The notes under the pieces are model-generated. The model worked only from the letters and a program-made list of their open reading frames with translations. It was not told the origin of the DNA and searched no databases. From the sequence record OR896834.1: 64,000 nt of DNA; one strand, 5' to 3'. A program made the position numbers and the translations under genes. The DNA comes from Escherichia phage Baret. Position 1 is the first letter of the stretch. Each line of letters starts with the position of its first letter. Shown here piece after piece: positions 37,479 to 44,245 of the stretch.

Positions 37479-37749
37479 GATGCATCCTGAAAACTTCTTT
37501 ATTTACTGCGCGGATAAGTTGCTGAAACGTAGAATTAACAAAGTCTATCATTATCGTGTTAGTCAACAGCCTTATGTATACGCTTTTGACGGTGATCACA
37601 TTTCATTAGAACAATTATCTTGTGATTACATGATATTGAAGAACTTTGACGAGACGAAGATCTCAAGCGTTCACAATCGACAGAATCCATTAACGTGGAA
37701 ATATAAGAAAAAGAAAGGCATCAAATTCTTAAAAAATGTAGTTGCTTAG
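37479..37749 (+). CDS. hypothetical protein (90 aa)
   Basis: ATG 6 nt after AAGGAG; track start adjusted. Confidence 0.45.
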
Positions 37750-37770
37750 TTTCCAAAAGTTCTGTATAAT
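37742..37770 (+). promoter_or_regulatory. sigma70 promoter (TTGCTT-17-TATAAT)
   Basis: ttgcttagtttccaaaagttctgtataat. Confidence 0.6.
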
Positions 37771-37799
37771 AAATACATAAATTGAACTGGAGAAGCAAC

Positions 37800-38018
37800 A
37801 TGACAGAACAAGAATTGAATGAACGTAAGCTAGTAATGCTTCGCTTACTAAATATTTTCTCTGGTATGGACGGTGGTGGTGATTTCTTAAGACTTAAGGT
37901 ATTTACAGAAACTGCCGAAGGTGATGCAATCTCTAGAGTTATTAGGAACATGGGAAGCCTGCTAGATGTGGCTGGAGTAGCTACTCAATACACCTTAGAT
38001 AATCCTACTGGAGAATAA
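37800..38018 (+). CDS. hypothetical protein (72 aa)
   Basis: ATG after GGAGAAG RBS. Confidence 0.45.
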   Translation: MTEQELNERKLVMLRLLNIFSGMDGGGDFLRLKVFTETAEGDAISRVIRNMGSLLDVAGVATQYTLDNPTGE

Positions 38019-38210
38019 ATGAGAAGATTAGTTAGATTTAAGTGTTGTAGTTCTGAACATATTTTCACACATCTTCGTGAATTTAAAATGTGTGATTGTG
38101 GTAAATCAGGCTATGACTCTGGAAATGGGTTCTACACCCGTACTCTAGGGAACTTCAATGATTTAGAATTTGAAGATCTCGAAAAACAAGATAAACCGAC
38201 CGTTGGCTGA
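38019..38210 (+). CDS. hypothetical Cys-rich micro-protein (63 aa)
   Basis: C-C...C-x-C pattern; start overlaps upstream stop. Confidence 0.4.
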   Translation: MRRLVRFKCCSSEHIFTHLREFKMCDCGKSGYDSGNGFYTRTLGNFNDLEFEDLEKQDKPTVG

Positions 38211-38272
38211 ATGGCTTAGGCGAAGGATTGCAAATCCTTTTTATGTGAGTTCAAATCTCATGCGGTCGTCCA
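38197..38272 (+). tRNA. tRNA-Cys (anticodon GCA), CCA encoded
   Basis: Acceptor CGACCGT/GCGGTCG, anticodon arm AAGGA-TTGCAAA-TCCTT, T-arm GTGAG-TTCAAAT-CTCAT. Confidence 0.75.
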
Positions 38273-38293
38273 AATTACTAAAGGAAAGAAGTA

Positions 38294-38812
38294 GTGCATA
38301 CAAAAGTTTTTGATAGTTTGGTAAAGAAAGGCGTTGTTACTAACGAGCCCTTCTATATAACCGCAGAACTAATCCAGAGATTTATGGAAGAATATATAAA
38401 TCTTTCAGGAACCAATGGTAATACCAAAAAGAATACAAATACTATGTATTCGAGAAAACTTGCTGCACTTTCCTTTATAAAGTTTAAGCAGGAAAATAAA
38501 CTTCCTATTTCTGAAGGTTTTGTATACTGTATTAGTAATCCTGCATGGAAAAATCAGTATAAAATAGGTATGAGTCAAAATCCAAAAGAGAGATTAGCTC
38601 AATATCAGACTTATTCCCCTTATAGGGATTATAAGTTAGAGCATTGGTCTTTTTGGTTTGACAAACGAAAAGGTGAAAAACTAATTCACCAGTATTTCAA
38701 AGATTTAAAAGAACATGAGTGGTTTAGTATAAATTCTAGGGATCTTAGTAAATATCTAGAACGTATTAACTCTAGTTCTGACTTATATGGTTCCTTAGCT
38801 CTAATTGGTTAG
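38294..38812 (+). CDS. T5orf172/GIY-YIG-like domain protein (172 aa, GTG start)
   Basis: GFVYCISNPAWKNQYKIGMSQNPKERLAQYQT matches the T5orf172 (MUG113) signature; 3' end overlaps tRNA-Asn by ~24 nt. Confidence 0.55.
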   Translation: MHTKVFDSLVKKGVVTNEPFYITAELIQRFMEEYINLSGTNGNTKKNTNTMYSRKLAALSFIKFKQENKLPISEGFVYCISNPAWKNQYKIGMSQNPKERLAQYQTYSPYRDYKLEHWSFWFDKRKGEKLIHQYFKDLKEHEWFSINSRDLSKYLERINSSSDLYGSLALIG

Positions 38813-38866
38813 AGCGGCATCTTGTTAAGTTGAGGGTTGCTGGTTCGAATCCAACAGGAACCGCCA
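38789..38866 (+). tRNA. tRNA-Asn (anticodon GUU), CCA encoded
   Basis: Acceptor GGTTCCT/AGGAACC, D-arm GCTC...GAGC, anticodon loop TTGTTAA (stem with mismatches), T-loop TTCGAAT. Confidence 0.6.
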
Positions 38867-38968
38867 AATTCTGTGTAGAGTTAAGTAAACCGGTAGCCAA
38901 CCAGCTATCATTGCTGACATCGAATTCAGCCATAGATACCATTTTCGTTAATAACTGAGGAAACAAGC

Positions 38969-39154
38969 ATGTCCAAGAATGTAATTGCGCAGCTAGAAGT
39001 TCATCGTGATAGCACTATCAACAATATTGAAGTTGAGAAGAAATACATAGAAGAACTTAAACATGATATACTGGTAAGTCTCAACCGTCTTAATGTACGA
39101 AAAGAGTTTCTTAAAGAACTTAATGCAGCTATTGAAAAACTCAAAGCTGAGTAA
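38969..39154 (+). CDS. hypothetical coiled-coil micro-protein (61 aa)
   Basis: Track ORF. Confidence 0.4.
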   Translation: MSKNVIAQLEVHRDSTINNIEVEKKYIEELKHDILVSLNRLNVRKEFLKELNAAIEKLKAE

Positions 39155-39163
39155 ATGAATTAT

Positions 39164-39240
39164 GCGACCGGGGCTGGCTTGGTAATGGTACTCCCCTGTC
39201 ACGGGAGAGAATGTGGGTTCAAATCCCATCGGTCGCGCCA
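39164..39240 (+). tRNA. tRNA-Asp (anticodon GUC), CCA encoded
   Basis: Acceptor GCGACCG/CGGTCGC, anticodon arm CTCCC-CTGTCAC-GGGAG, T-arm GTGGG-TTCAAAT-CCCAT. Confidence 0.8.
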
Positions 39241-39257
39241 AATAAGGTAGGTTAGCT

Positions 39258-39416
39258 ATGGAACGTAGGGAGTTTACTCCAGAAGAGATAGAGCAGATAA
39301 AAGAATCTGCTATGAAAAATGCTAGAATATCTCTGTCACTGGAAGGTATCATTATTAGTGATGTAAACTTTGAAAAAATCAAAGCCATAGCTGATGAACT
39401 GGAAAAAGTAATTTAA
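39258..39416 (+). CDS. VbhA/FicA-antitoxin-like micro-protein (52 aa), not in ORF track
   Basis: AAGGTAGG RBS; sequence NARISLSLEG contains the (S/T)xxxE(G/N) inhibitory motif of Fic antitoxins. Confidence 0.45.
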   Translation: MERREFTPEEIEQIKESAMKNARISLSLEGIIISDVNFEKIKAIADELEKVI

Positions 39417-39417
39417 T

Positions 39418-39493
39418 ACATCCATAGCTCAATGGTTAGAGCTACCGCCTCTTAAGCGGAGGGTTCTAGGTTCAAGTCCTAGTGGGTGTACCA
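39418..39493 (+). tRNA. tRNA-Lys (anticodon CUU), CCA encoded
   Basis: Acceptor ACATCCA/TGGGTGT, D-arm GCTC...GAGC, anticodon loop CTCTTAA, T-arm CTAGG-TTCAAGT-CCTAG. Confidence 0.75.
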
Positions 39494-39519
39494 AATTAAA
39501 CTAGCACGAGAAATATGCT

Positions 39520-39867
39520 ATGATTAATGCTAAAGAAGAATTGTTACTTGCCCTAAAGAATACTAATTCTGAAGTTAAGTGTATTAAGATAGAATTCGGT
39601 TATTATGGGGATAAAGAAGTTTGGGTATTACCCGTAGGTTATACAGAAAAAGATATTGAAGATTTTCTAGATAATCTAGACTTTAAATATGATTCTGGTT
39701 TCGGCGGACAATTGCTTTATGGTAACGTATGGTTTACCGATGGAACTTGGTTAGAACGTGGTGAATATGATGGTTCTGAATGGTGGGAATATAAGACTAC
39801 ACCAGCAATCCCAGAAGAATGCCGAACAATTAATGGTGAAGTAGATCGTACTTTACTATTAAATTAA
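39520..39867 (+). CDS. hypothetical protein (115 aa)
   Basis: Track ORF. Confidence 0.5.
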   Translation: MINAKEELLLALKNTNSEVKCIKIEFGYYGDKEVWVLPVGYTEKDIEDFLDNLDFKYDSGFGGQLLYGNVWFTDGTWLERGEYDGSEWWEYKTTPAIPEECRTINGEVDRTLLLN

Positions 39868-39869
39868 CA

Positions 39870-40250
39870 AAATTTCAGTGCAGAACACGGAGCTAGCAAT
39901 TCGGAAGTGCTGACTCATGATAAGCTGCCTATGTACTTGCGAAGCGGTCGTGTCCAAGACTCGGACTCTTGCACTGAAAACAATCAAACATTCTAGCGTG
40001 GTTGATGGGGAAACCAGCTTGGCGAGGGCAGAAGCTCGTTCGATTCGAGTGAAAGAATGGTTCTCGTAAGTCCGCACAAGTGATAACAGGTTCGAGTCCT
40101 GTCTAGAATGACACTATAAAGTTTACTTATTATGTAGGTTCCGATAGACCGGCGGGTCTATTCTGGCATTTAAGAGAGGTCTCGCAAACTTCTTTGTCAG
40201 CCGTGGGGTTGGTAGCCTCCAGGTGGCCTACACAATAAGTAAATTTATTA
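39870..40250 (+). other. ORF-free structured region with tRNA-like modules
   Basis: T-arm-like hairpins CTCG-TTCGATT-CGAG and ACAGG-TTCGAGT-CCTGT; 7-nt pairing ATTCTAG (39990-96) with CTAGAAT (40103-09) spanning ~120 nt. Confidence 0.3.
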
Positions 40251-40259
40251 AAAATTCAT

Positions 40260-40288
40260 TTGCTATTCTGCTTTATTATCTGTATAAT
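40260..40288 (+). promoter_or_regulatory. sigma70 promoter (TTGCTA-17-TATAAT)
   Basis: aaaaattcatttgctattctgctttattatctgtataat. Confidence 0.65.
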
Positions 40289-40320
40289 ATATTTTATAAA
40301 GTGAAGAGAAGGAAAGCAAA

Positions 40321-40479
40321 ATGAAACACAAGATAGCTCAAGTTTTTATGGCATTATGGTGTATACCAATAGCTATAACAGCATTTAATCTAGATACTTT
40401 TACTATAGAAGAAAAATGTATCGGATTAGTTAGCGGTTTTAGTATGCTGGGCTTATCTTTGCTGTGGTTAAAGAAATAA
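40321..40479 (+). CDS. small hydrophobic membrane protein (52 aa), not in ORF track
   Basis: ATG after GAGAAGGAAAG RBS; two predicted TM segments. Confidence 0.45.
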   Translation: MKHKIAQVFMALWCIPIAITAFNLDTFTIEEKCIGLVSGFSMLGLSLLWLKK

Positions 40480-40483
40480 TATT

Positions 40484-40561
40484 CTCCGTGTAGCTCAGTT
40501 TGGCCAGAGCGTTTCGTTTGGGGCGATAGGGTCGGGGGTTCAAATCCTCCCACGGAGACCA
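40484..40561 (+). tRNA. tRNA-Pro (anticodon UGG), CCA encoded
   Basis: Acceptor CTCCGTG/CACGGAG, D-arm GCTC-AGTTTGGCCA-GAGC, anticodon loop TTTGGGG, T-loop TTCAAAT. Confidence 0.7.
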
Positions 40562-40567
40562 AACAAT

Positions 40568-40645
40568 TGCGGGTTAGATCTCTGGTAGAGATCGCTAGTC
40601 TCATAAGCTAGAAAGAGGTAGGTTCGATTCCTGCACCCGCTTCCA
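40568..40645 (+). tRNA. tRNA-Met (anticodon CAU; could be initiator or Ile2), CCA encoded
   Basis: Acceptor TGCGGGT/ACCCGCT (1:72 mismatch), D-arm GATC...GATC, anticodon arm CTAGT-CTCATAA-GCTAG. Confidence 0.7.
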
Positions 40646-40665
40646 CTTTAATAGAGGATTTCGAA

Positions 40666-40833
40666 ATGAAAGTATTTCGATTAGTAGTAAGTGACAAACG
40701 TTTAGGTAAGAATACCTCAAAATCCTTACTTGCTCATTATGGAAAAGATGAGAAAGAAGTAATGGCGGAGTTTGGGATTAATCACCCTTACTTGAAAGTT
40801 CACTCTATTAAAGAAGTATATAATGGTTACTAA
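40666..40833 (+). CDS. hypothetical micro-protein (55 aa), not in ORF track
   Basis: ATG 8 nt after AGAGGA RBS. Confidence 0.4.
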   Translation: MKVFRLVVSDKRLGKNTSKSLLAHYGKDEKEVMAEFGINHPYLKVHSIKEVYNGY

Positions 40834-40834
40834 T

Positions 40835-40913
40835 AGATCGCTAGCTCAATAGGTTTAGTAGCATCCGACTTTTAATCGGAAGGTTCTGGGTTCGAGTCCC
40901 AGGCGATCTACCA
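40835..40913 (+). tRNA. tRNA-Lys (anticodon UUU), CCA encoded
   Basis: Acceptor AGATCGC/GCGATCT, anticodon arm TCCGA-CTTTTAA-TCGGA, T-arm CTGGG-TTCGAGT-CCCAG. Confidence 0.8.
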
Positions 40914-40931
40914 ATTTCAAGAAAAACGCAG

Positions 40932-40960
40932 TTGCTTGATGCTTAATTTCTTGTTATAAT
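40932..40960 (+). promoter_or_regulatory. sigma70 promoter (TTGCTT-17-TATAAT) for RNA-only unit
   Basis: ttgcttgatgcttaatttcttgttataat. Confidence 0.65.
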
Positions 40961-40972
40961 ATTTATATAAAT

Positions 40973-40994
40973 TGATGAGGATTTCTCCTCATCA
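40973..40994. repeat. perfect 9-bp hairpin at transcript 5' end
   Basis: TGATGAGGA-tttc-TCCTCATCA; the 5' arm is the conserved leader box that elsewhere provides the RBS. Confidence 0.6.
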
Positions 40995-41198
40995 TAGTTC
41001 ACTAAGGTATTAGCTCGACCTAGGACTGGCTGCCAAAAAGCACGATCCCTACGATTCGGGAGGAGTTCTAGATTAGTCCACTAGATTCAGCGGCAACTGA
41101 ATAGTGTATTGGGTTTGCGAGATGACGCGGTTCCTTCCGCTCGAAGCGAAGGTGCTGTAGTTACGCCGAGCTAATAGCCTTAGTAAACTAAAGAATTT

Positions 41199-41277
41199 GG
41201 GGGATGGGTCTGCTAGGGGTGGACACCTCGCTTGCACCGAGGACATCAGAACGATTCGAATTCGTTATCCTCCACCA
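41199..41277 (+). tRNA. tRNA-Ala (anticodon UGC), CCA encoded
   Basis: Acceptor GGGGGAT/ATCCTCC, anticodon arm CCTCG-CTTGCAC-CGAGG, T-arm AACGA-TTCGAAT-TCGTT. Confidence 0.8.
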
Positions 41278-41282
41278 AATAC

Positions 41283-41359
41283 GCGTGATTGATGGAATTG
41301 GCATACATACCGTCCTTAGAAGTCGGGTTTTGAGGGTTCGAATCCCTTGTCACGCACCA
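41283..41359 (+). tRNA. tRNA with UAG anticodon (Leu by anticodon), type I length, CCA encoded
   Basis: Acceptor GCGTGAT/GTCACGC, anticodon loop CTTAGAA, T-arm GAGGG-TTCGAAT-CCCTT; D region GAATTGGCATA shared with tRNA at 36174. Confidence 0.55.
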
Positions 41360-41484
41360 AATTTGATGGTCAGAGTAAATTAAACCTACTATCTCGGTTG
41401 AGCTGTTTTAATGGGTTCGAATCCCAGCGAGGCGTAACTGCCTGGTGTGATAGAGGCATCATTCCACTAACATTGGAAAAACTA

Positions 41485-41715
41485 ATGAAACGAAAATTAA
41501 AAAAGTCTTATATAATTAAGATAAATAAGCTACGAAGTAGGGCAAAAGGATGGCCACTTCGAATATTAATTGCGGATAACCATACTAGATACCATGCGGA
41601 ACAACGTCATTACAAACAGTGGGAGTCATACTGCCGCTCAAAAGCAGGTCGTTTAGATGGATCTTATGAGTTTCTATTTGGTAAGAAGCCTACTAGAGTA
41701 GCTTTAGGTAATTAA
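41485..41715 (+). CDS. hypothetical basic micro-protein (76 aa)
   Basis: Track ORF trimmed to ATG at 41485; upstream part of track ORF overlaps a tRNA-like T-arm. Confidence 0.35.
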   Translation: MKRKLKKSYIIKINKLRSRAKGWPLRILIADNHTRYHAEQRHYKQWESYCRSKAGRLDGSYEFLFGKKPTRVALGN

Positions 41716-41720
41716 TACTT

Positions 41721-41811
41721 GGAAGAGCAAATCGAATTGGCGACGAAAACCGCTTGGAAAGTGGCTGACTGGTAAAACGGCTTGAGAGTTCAAATCTCTC
41801 CTCTTCCGCCA
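41721..41811 (+). tRNA. tRNA-Ser (anticodon GGA), type II, CCA encoded
   Basis: Acceptor GGAAGAG/CTCTTCC, D-stem TCG/CGA, anticodon loop TTGGAAA, long variable arm, T-arm GAGAG-TTCAAAT-CTCTC. Confidence 0.65.
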
Positions 41812-41823
41812 AACAATTTATAT

Positions 41824-41918
41824 GGTAGGTCAATCCAACGGCTGGCGCTGGACTCCGACTTGAAATCGGTTGATCGTAGTGATACGGTGTAAGGGTTCGA
41901 TCCCCTTACCTACCTCCA
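41824..41918 (+). tRNA. tRNA-Ser (anticodon UGA), type II, CCA encoded
   Basis: Acceptor GGTAGGT/ACCTACC, anticodon loop CTTGAAA, long variable arm, T-arm AAGGG-TTCGATC-CCCTT. Confidence 0.7.
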
Positions 41919-41923
41919 AATCT

Positions 41924-42054
41924 TGGAATATGCCGGAATTGGTAGACGGGACTGCCGAATAGGTTTACTAGGAACATCCACTCCTAGAAATATACCTTAA
42001 AAGCGGTTGAGTTAAATGGTCTAACTCATGAAGGTTCAAGCCCTTCTATTCCTT
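41924..42054 (+). other. oversized tRNA-like element (~131 nt; alternative 85-nt fold from 41970)
   Basis: T-arm GAAGG-TTCAAGC-CCTTC; 3' TATTCCT pairs with TGGAATA (41924) or AGGAACA (41970); D-like GCCGGAATTGGTAGACGG; 7-bp internal hairpin TGAGTTA/TAACTCA; no CCA. Confidence 0.3.
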
Positions 42055-42283
42055 GATACATCAATGGCTCAAAGTGTAACGGTGCTATTTGATGCTCTTG
42101 GAAAGACTTTCCCGACATGCGTTCGGGGGTAAGCTTCTGAGGCTAGAATAGAAGAGTTTCTGAGAGCCGCCACAATTGAAAATTCGTACTCGTCTTGAGC
42201 TGCGTGCAATAGGAGATAACTTGATTAGTATTCTAGAACATGCTAATTGAGGATGGTTTCGCTAACCCTGCGAGTTTTCAATT

Positions 42284-42357
42284 GTGGCTATATCATAATT
42301 GGTTAATGATCCTGATTGTGAATCAGGCCTATGTGGATTCGAATTCCACTAGCCACC
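42284..42357 (+). tRNA. tRNA-His (anticodon GUG)
   Basis: Acceptor GTGGCTA/TAGCCAC, D-arm TCAT...ATGA, anticodon arm CCTGA-TTGTGAA-TCAGG, T-arm GTGGA-TTCGAAT-TCCAC. Confidence 0.75.
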
Positions 42358-42386
42358 CCCAAATTAACTTAAATAGGAAATAAAAT

Positions 42387-42581
42387 ATGGCTGATTTCTG
42401 CAAACAATGCTCCATTGATATGTGGGGCAGAGATACTGGTGATCTTTCTGGGCTGATTACAGAAGCCGAAGTCAAAGAAGGTTATGGTGCAGTTGTGGTT
42501 TGTGAAGGATGCGGAGTCATTCGAGTAGATCATGAGGGTAAGCGCCTTGAAGAATCTGAGCCAGTTACCCTATTTCCCTAA
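42387..42581 (+). CDS. zinc-ribbon micro-protein (64 aa)
   Basis: CKQC...CEGC pattern; AGGAAA RBS. Confidence 0.45.
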   Translation: MADFCKQCSIDMWGRDTGDLSGLITEAEVKEGYGAVVVCEGCGVIRVDHEGKRLEESEPVTLFP

Positions 42582-42594
42582 AGTAAAGAATTAT

Positions 42595-42670
42595 TGGGAT
42601 GTAGATCAATTGGCAGATCGTCGGCCTCTGACTCCGAAGGTTCCACGTTCGATCCGTGGCATCCCAGCCA
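42595..42670 (+). tRNA. tRNA-Gln (anticodon CUG), CCA encoded
   Basis: Acceptor TGGGATG/CATCCCA, D-arm GATC...GATC, anticodon loop CTCTGAC, T-arm CCACG-TTCGATC-CGTGG. Confidence 0.75.
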
Positions 42671-42676
42671 AATACT

Positions 42677-42752
42677 TGGAGAGTAGTGTAACGGTTAGCA
42701 CAACGGCCTTTGACTCCGTTAATGGTAGGTTCGATTCCTCCTTCTCCAGCCA
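42677..42752 (+). tRNA. tRNA-Gln (anticodon UUG), CCA encoded
   Basis: Acceptor TGGAGAG/TTCTCCA, anticodon loop CTTTGAC, T-loop TTCGATT. Confidence 0.7.
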
Positions 42753-42759
42753 AATTAAT

Positions 42760-42834
42760 GCGTGATTAGTTCAGTGGCTAGAATAACTGGCTTCCAACCA
42801 GTAGACACGAGTTCGACTCTCGTATCCCGCACCA
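42760..42834 (+). tRNA. tRNA-Gly (anticodon UCC), CCA encoded
   Basis: Acceptor GCGTGAT/ATCCCGC, anticodon arm ACTGG-CTTCCAA-CCAGT, T-arm ACGAG-TTCGACT-CTCGT. Confidence 0.75.
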
Positions 42835-42848
42835 AATAAGGAAACACT

Positions 42849-43100
42849 ATGCACGTTTTTGAGTTTCGTAATAAAAGTACTGATAAGCGAGTTATCATTA
42901 TTGGAGAAACATATCGAGCATATGAACAAACTGATGGCTCTGTTATCTTGAATGATGAGAAAGGAGGTTTTAGCTTTTATCCAGAAGAACCTTATGAAGA
43001 GTTTCGAAAACAATTTAACCTAGACTGGAGAAAGCATTTAAACACTGTTGCTTCATCTGTAGTATTGCCAACTACCAGTACTGTACTCTCTAATGGCTGA
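42849..43100 (+). CDS. hypothetical protein (83 aa)
   Basis: Track ORF, AAGGAAA RBS. Confidence 0.45.
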   Translation: MHVFEFRNKSTDKRVIIIGETYRAYEQTDGSVILNDEKGGFSFYPEEPYEEFRKQFNLDWRKHLNTVASSVVLPTTSTVLSNG

Positions 43101-43257
43101 CAACCTAAAAGTAAAGATTGATAAACAAAAGAAACGTGTAGAAGTAGAGATTGGTGAAGAACGTGTTGCCTTTACTTTTGAATTTCTACAGCAAATGGCA
43201 ATGGCAGTTATGACTGATAAGTCTCCTGTTATTGAAAAAGAAATCCCGTTGAAATAA
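43093..43257 (+). CDS. hypothetical micro-protein (54 aa), not in ORF track
   Basis: ATG overlapping upstream stop (ATGGCTGA). Confidence 0.35.
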   Translation: MADNLKVKIDKQKKRVEVEIGEERVAFTFEFLQQMAMAVMTDKSPVIEKEIPLK

Positions 43258-43267
43258 CGGGATCATC

Positions 43268-43342
43268 GCTCCTAAAGCATTGCTGGCGATGCAGTTGCCT
43301 TGTAAGCATCTGAACCGGGTTCGATTCCTGGTGGGAGCACCA
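43268..43342 (+). tRNA. tRNA-Thr (anticodon UGU), CCA encoded
   Basis: Acceptor GCTCCTA/TGGGAGC, D-arm GCAT...ATGC, anticodon loop CTTGTAA, T-arm CCGGG-TTCGATT-CCTGG. Confidence 0.7.
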
Positions 43343-43357
43343 AATTTAAAAATTCAT

Positions 43358-43386
43358 TTGCCTTCTCTCTTATTTATTGTTATAAT
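43358..43386 (+). promoter_or_regulatory. sigma70 promoter (TTGCCT-17-TATAAT)
   Basis: aaaaattcatttgccttctctcttatttattgttataat. Confidence 0.65.
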
Positions 43387-43416
43387 ATTCATATAAATTA
43401 ATGAGAGGGAAACCAA

Positions 43417-43707
43417 ATGAAACGTTATCTTTCTATTGTATTCCAAACTGGTGGTCAAAGATATACCTATGAATTTCCATCTTCTTGGAAAATCAAAGAA
43501 GGTGATCAAGTAGTAGTGTTAACACCGCGTGAAGGGTATAAAGTAGTAATGGTTAAACAAGTATTCCCAAAAGATCATGAACCAGCTAAAGGCATTCGCT
43601 ATAAGATGATTCATGGTGTGGTCCGTCAAGTACCACGAACTGAGGTAGAAGTAGATAAGACTGGAGAAACTAAATTCCATTATACTTCTTACTTAGATAG
43701 TGTGTGA
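43417..43707 (+). CDS. hypothetical protein (96 aa)
   Basis: Track ORF, GAGAGGG RBS. Confidence 0.5.
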   Translation: MKRYLSIVFQTGGQRYTYEFPSSWKIKEGDQVVVLTPREGYKVVMVKQVFPKDHEPAKGIRYKMIHGVVRQVPRTEVEVDKTGETKFHYTSYLDSV

Positions 43708-43722
43708 TGTAAATATTCTAAT

Positions 43723-43799
43723 ACTTCGGTAGCTTAGCGATCTAAAGCACCCGGCTGATAACCGAGAGATCGGGGGTTTAAATCCCTCCCGGAGTACCA
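43723..43799 (+). tRNA. tRNA-Ile (anticodon GAU), CCA encoded
   Basis: Acceptor ACTTCGG/CCGGAGT, D-arm GCTT...AAGC, anticodon loop CTGATAA, T-arm GGGGG-TTTAAAT-CCCTC. Confidence 0.7.
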
Positions 43800-43895
43800 A
43801 ATTTAGGAATTAAGACTATGCGTCCAGGAAAGTTTAAAAAAGCTAATTGGTCTAAAGAGTATAAAGAATACTTACTTAGTCTAGTAAAACATAAC

Positions 43896-43971
43896 AGTTA
43901 GTTGGCAGAGTGGTTATGCACCTCCTTCATACGGAGCGACTACAGTGGTTCAAATCCACTACTAACTACCA
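43896..43971 (+). tRNA. tRNA with CAU anticodon (third CAU tRNA; Met/fMet/Ile2), CCA encoded
   Basis: Acceptor AGTTAGT/ACTAACT, D-arm GCA...TGC, anticodon loop TTCATAC, T-arm AGTGG-TTCAAAT-CCACT. Confidence 0.7.
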
Positions 43972-44008
43972 TTAAAATAGCTAGAGATAGCTAAATTTAG
44001 GAGCAGCT

Positions 44009-44203
44009 ATGTTAACAATTAAAATAATGTCAGCCAAGAATGGTGAACATATCCATACAGGCAAAAGCGTAAGCTTTAATCCTAGAAATAAGAGATTGGC
44101 TATAGTTGGAGTAGATCAAGCCATCTTTTTAAAAGAAGATGAAGTAGCATACGTCATGAACCAAACTGGTAAGACAGTTTCCGTATACTATGGAAAAGTA
44201 TAA
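44009..44203 (+). CDS. hypothetical protein (64 aa)
   Basis: Track ORF, AGGAG RBS. Confidence 0.45.
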   Translation: MLTIKIMSAKNGEHIHTGKSVSFNPRNKRLAIVGVDQAIFLKEDEVAYVMNQTGKTVSVYYGKV

Positions 44204-44245
44204 AGAATAAAGAGCTGAGCCAAATTCTAGCATCGTGGAGATCTA

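Noticed and set aside
37260-37599. Minus-strand track ORFs across the tRNA-Glu/Trp/Phe cluster
   Set aside because: Antisense to well-folded tRNAs; no promoter or RBS.
38772-39388. Minus-strand track ORFs 38772-38966 and 38993-39388
   Set aside because: Antisense to tRNA-Asn, tRNA-Asp and small plus-strand genes.
41360-41484. T-arm-like hairpin TGGG-TTCGAAT-CCCA at ~41411-41427 as a tRNA
   Set aside because: No acceptor-stem partner or anticodon arm could be found; likely a tRNA remnant, mentioned but not annotated.
43818-43901. 27-codon ORF (MRPGKFKKANW...) upstream of the third CAU tRNA
   Set aside because: Too short to support without expression data and it runs into the tRNA.
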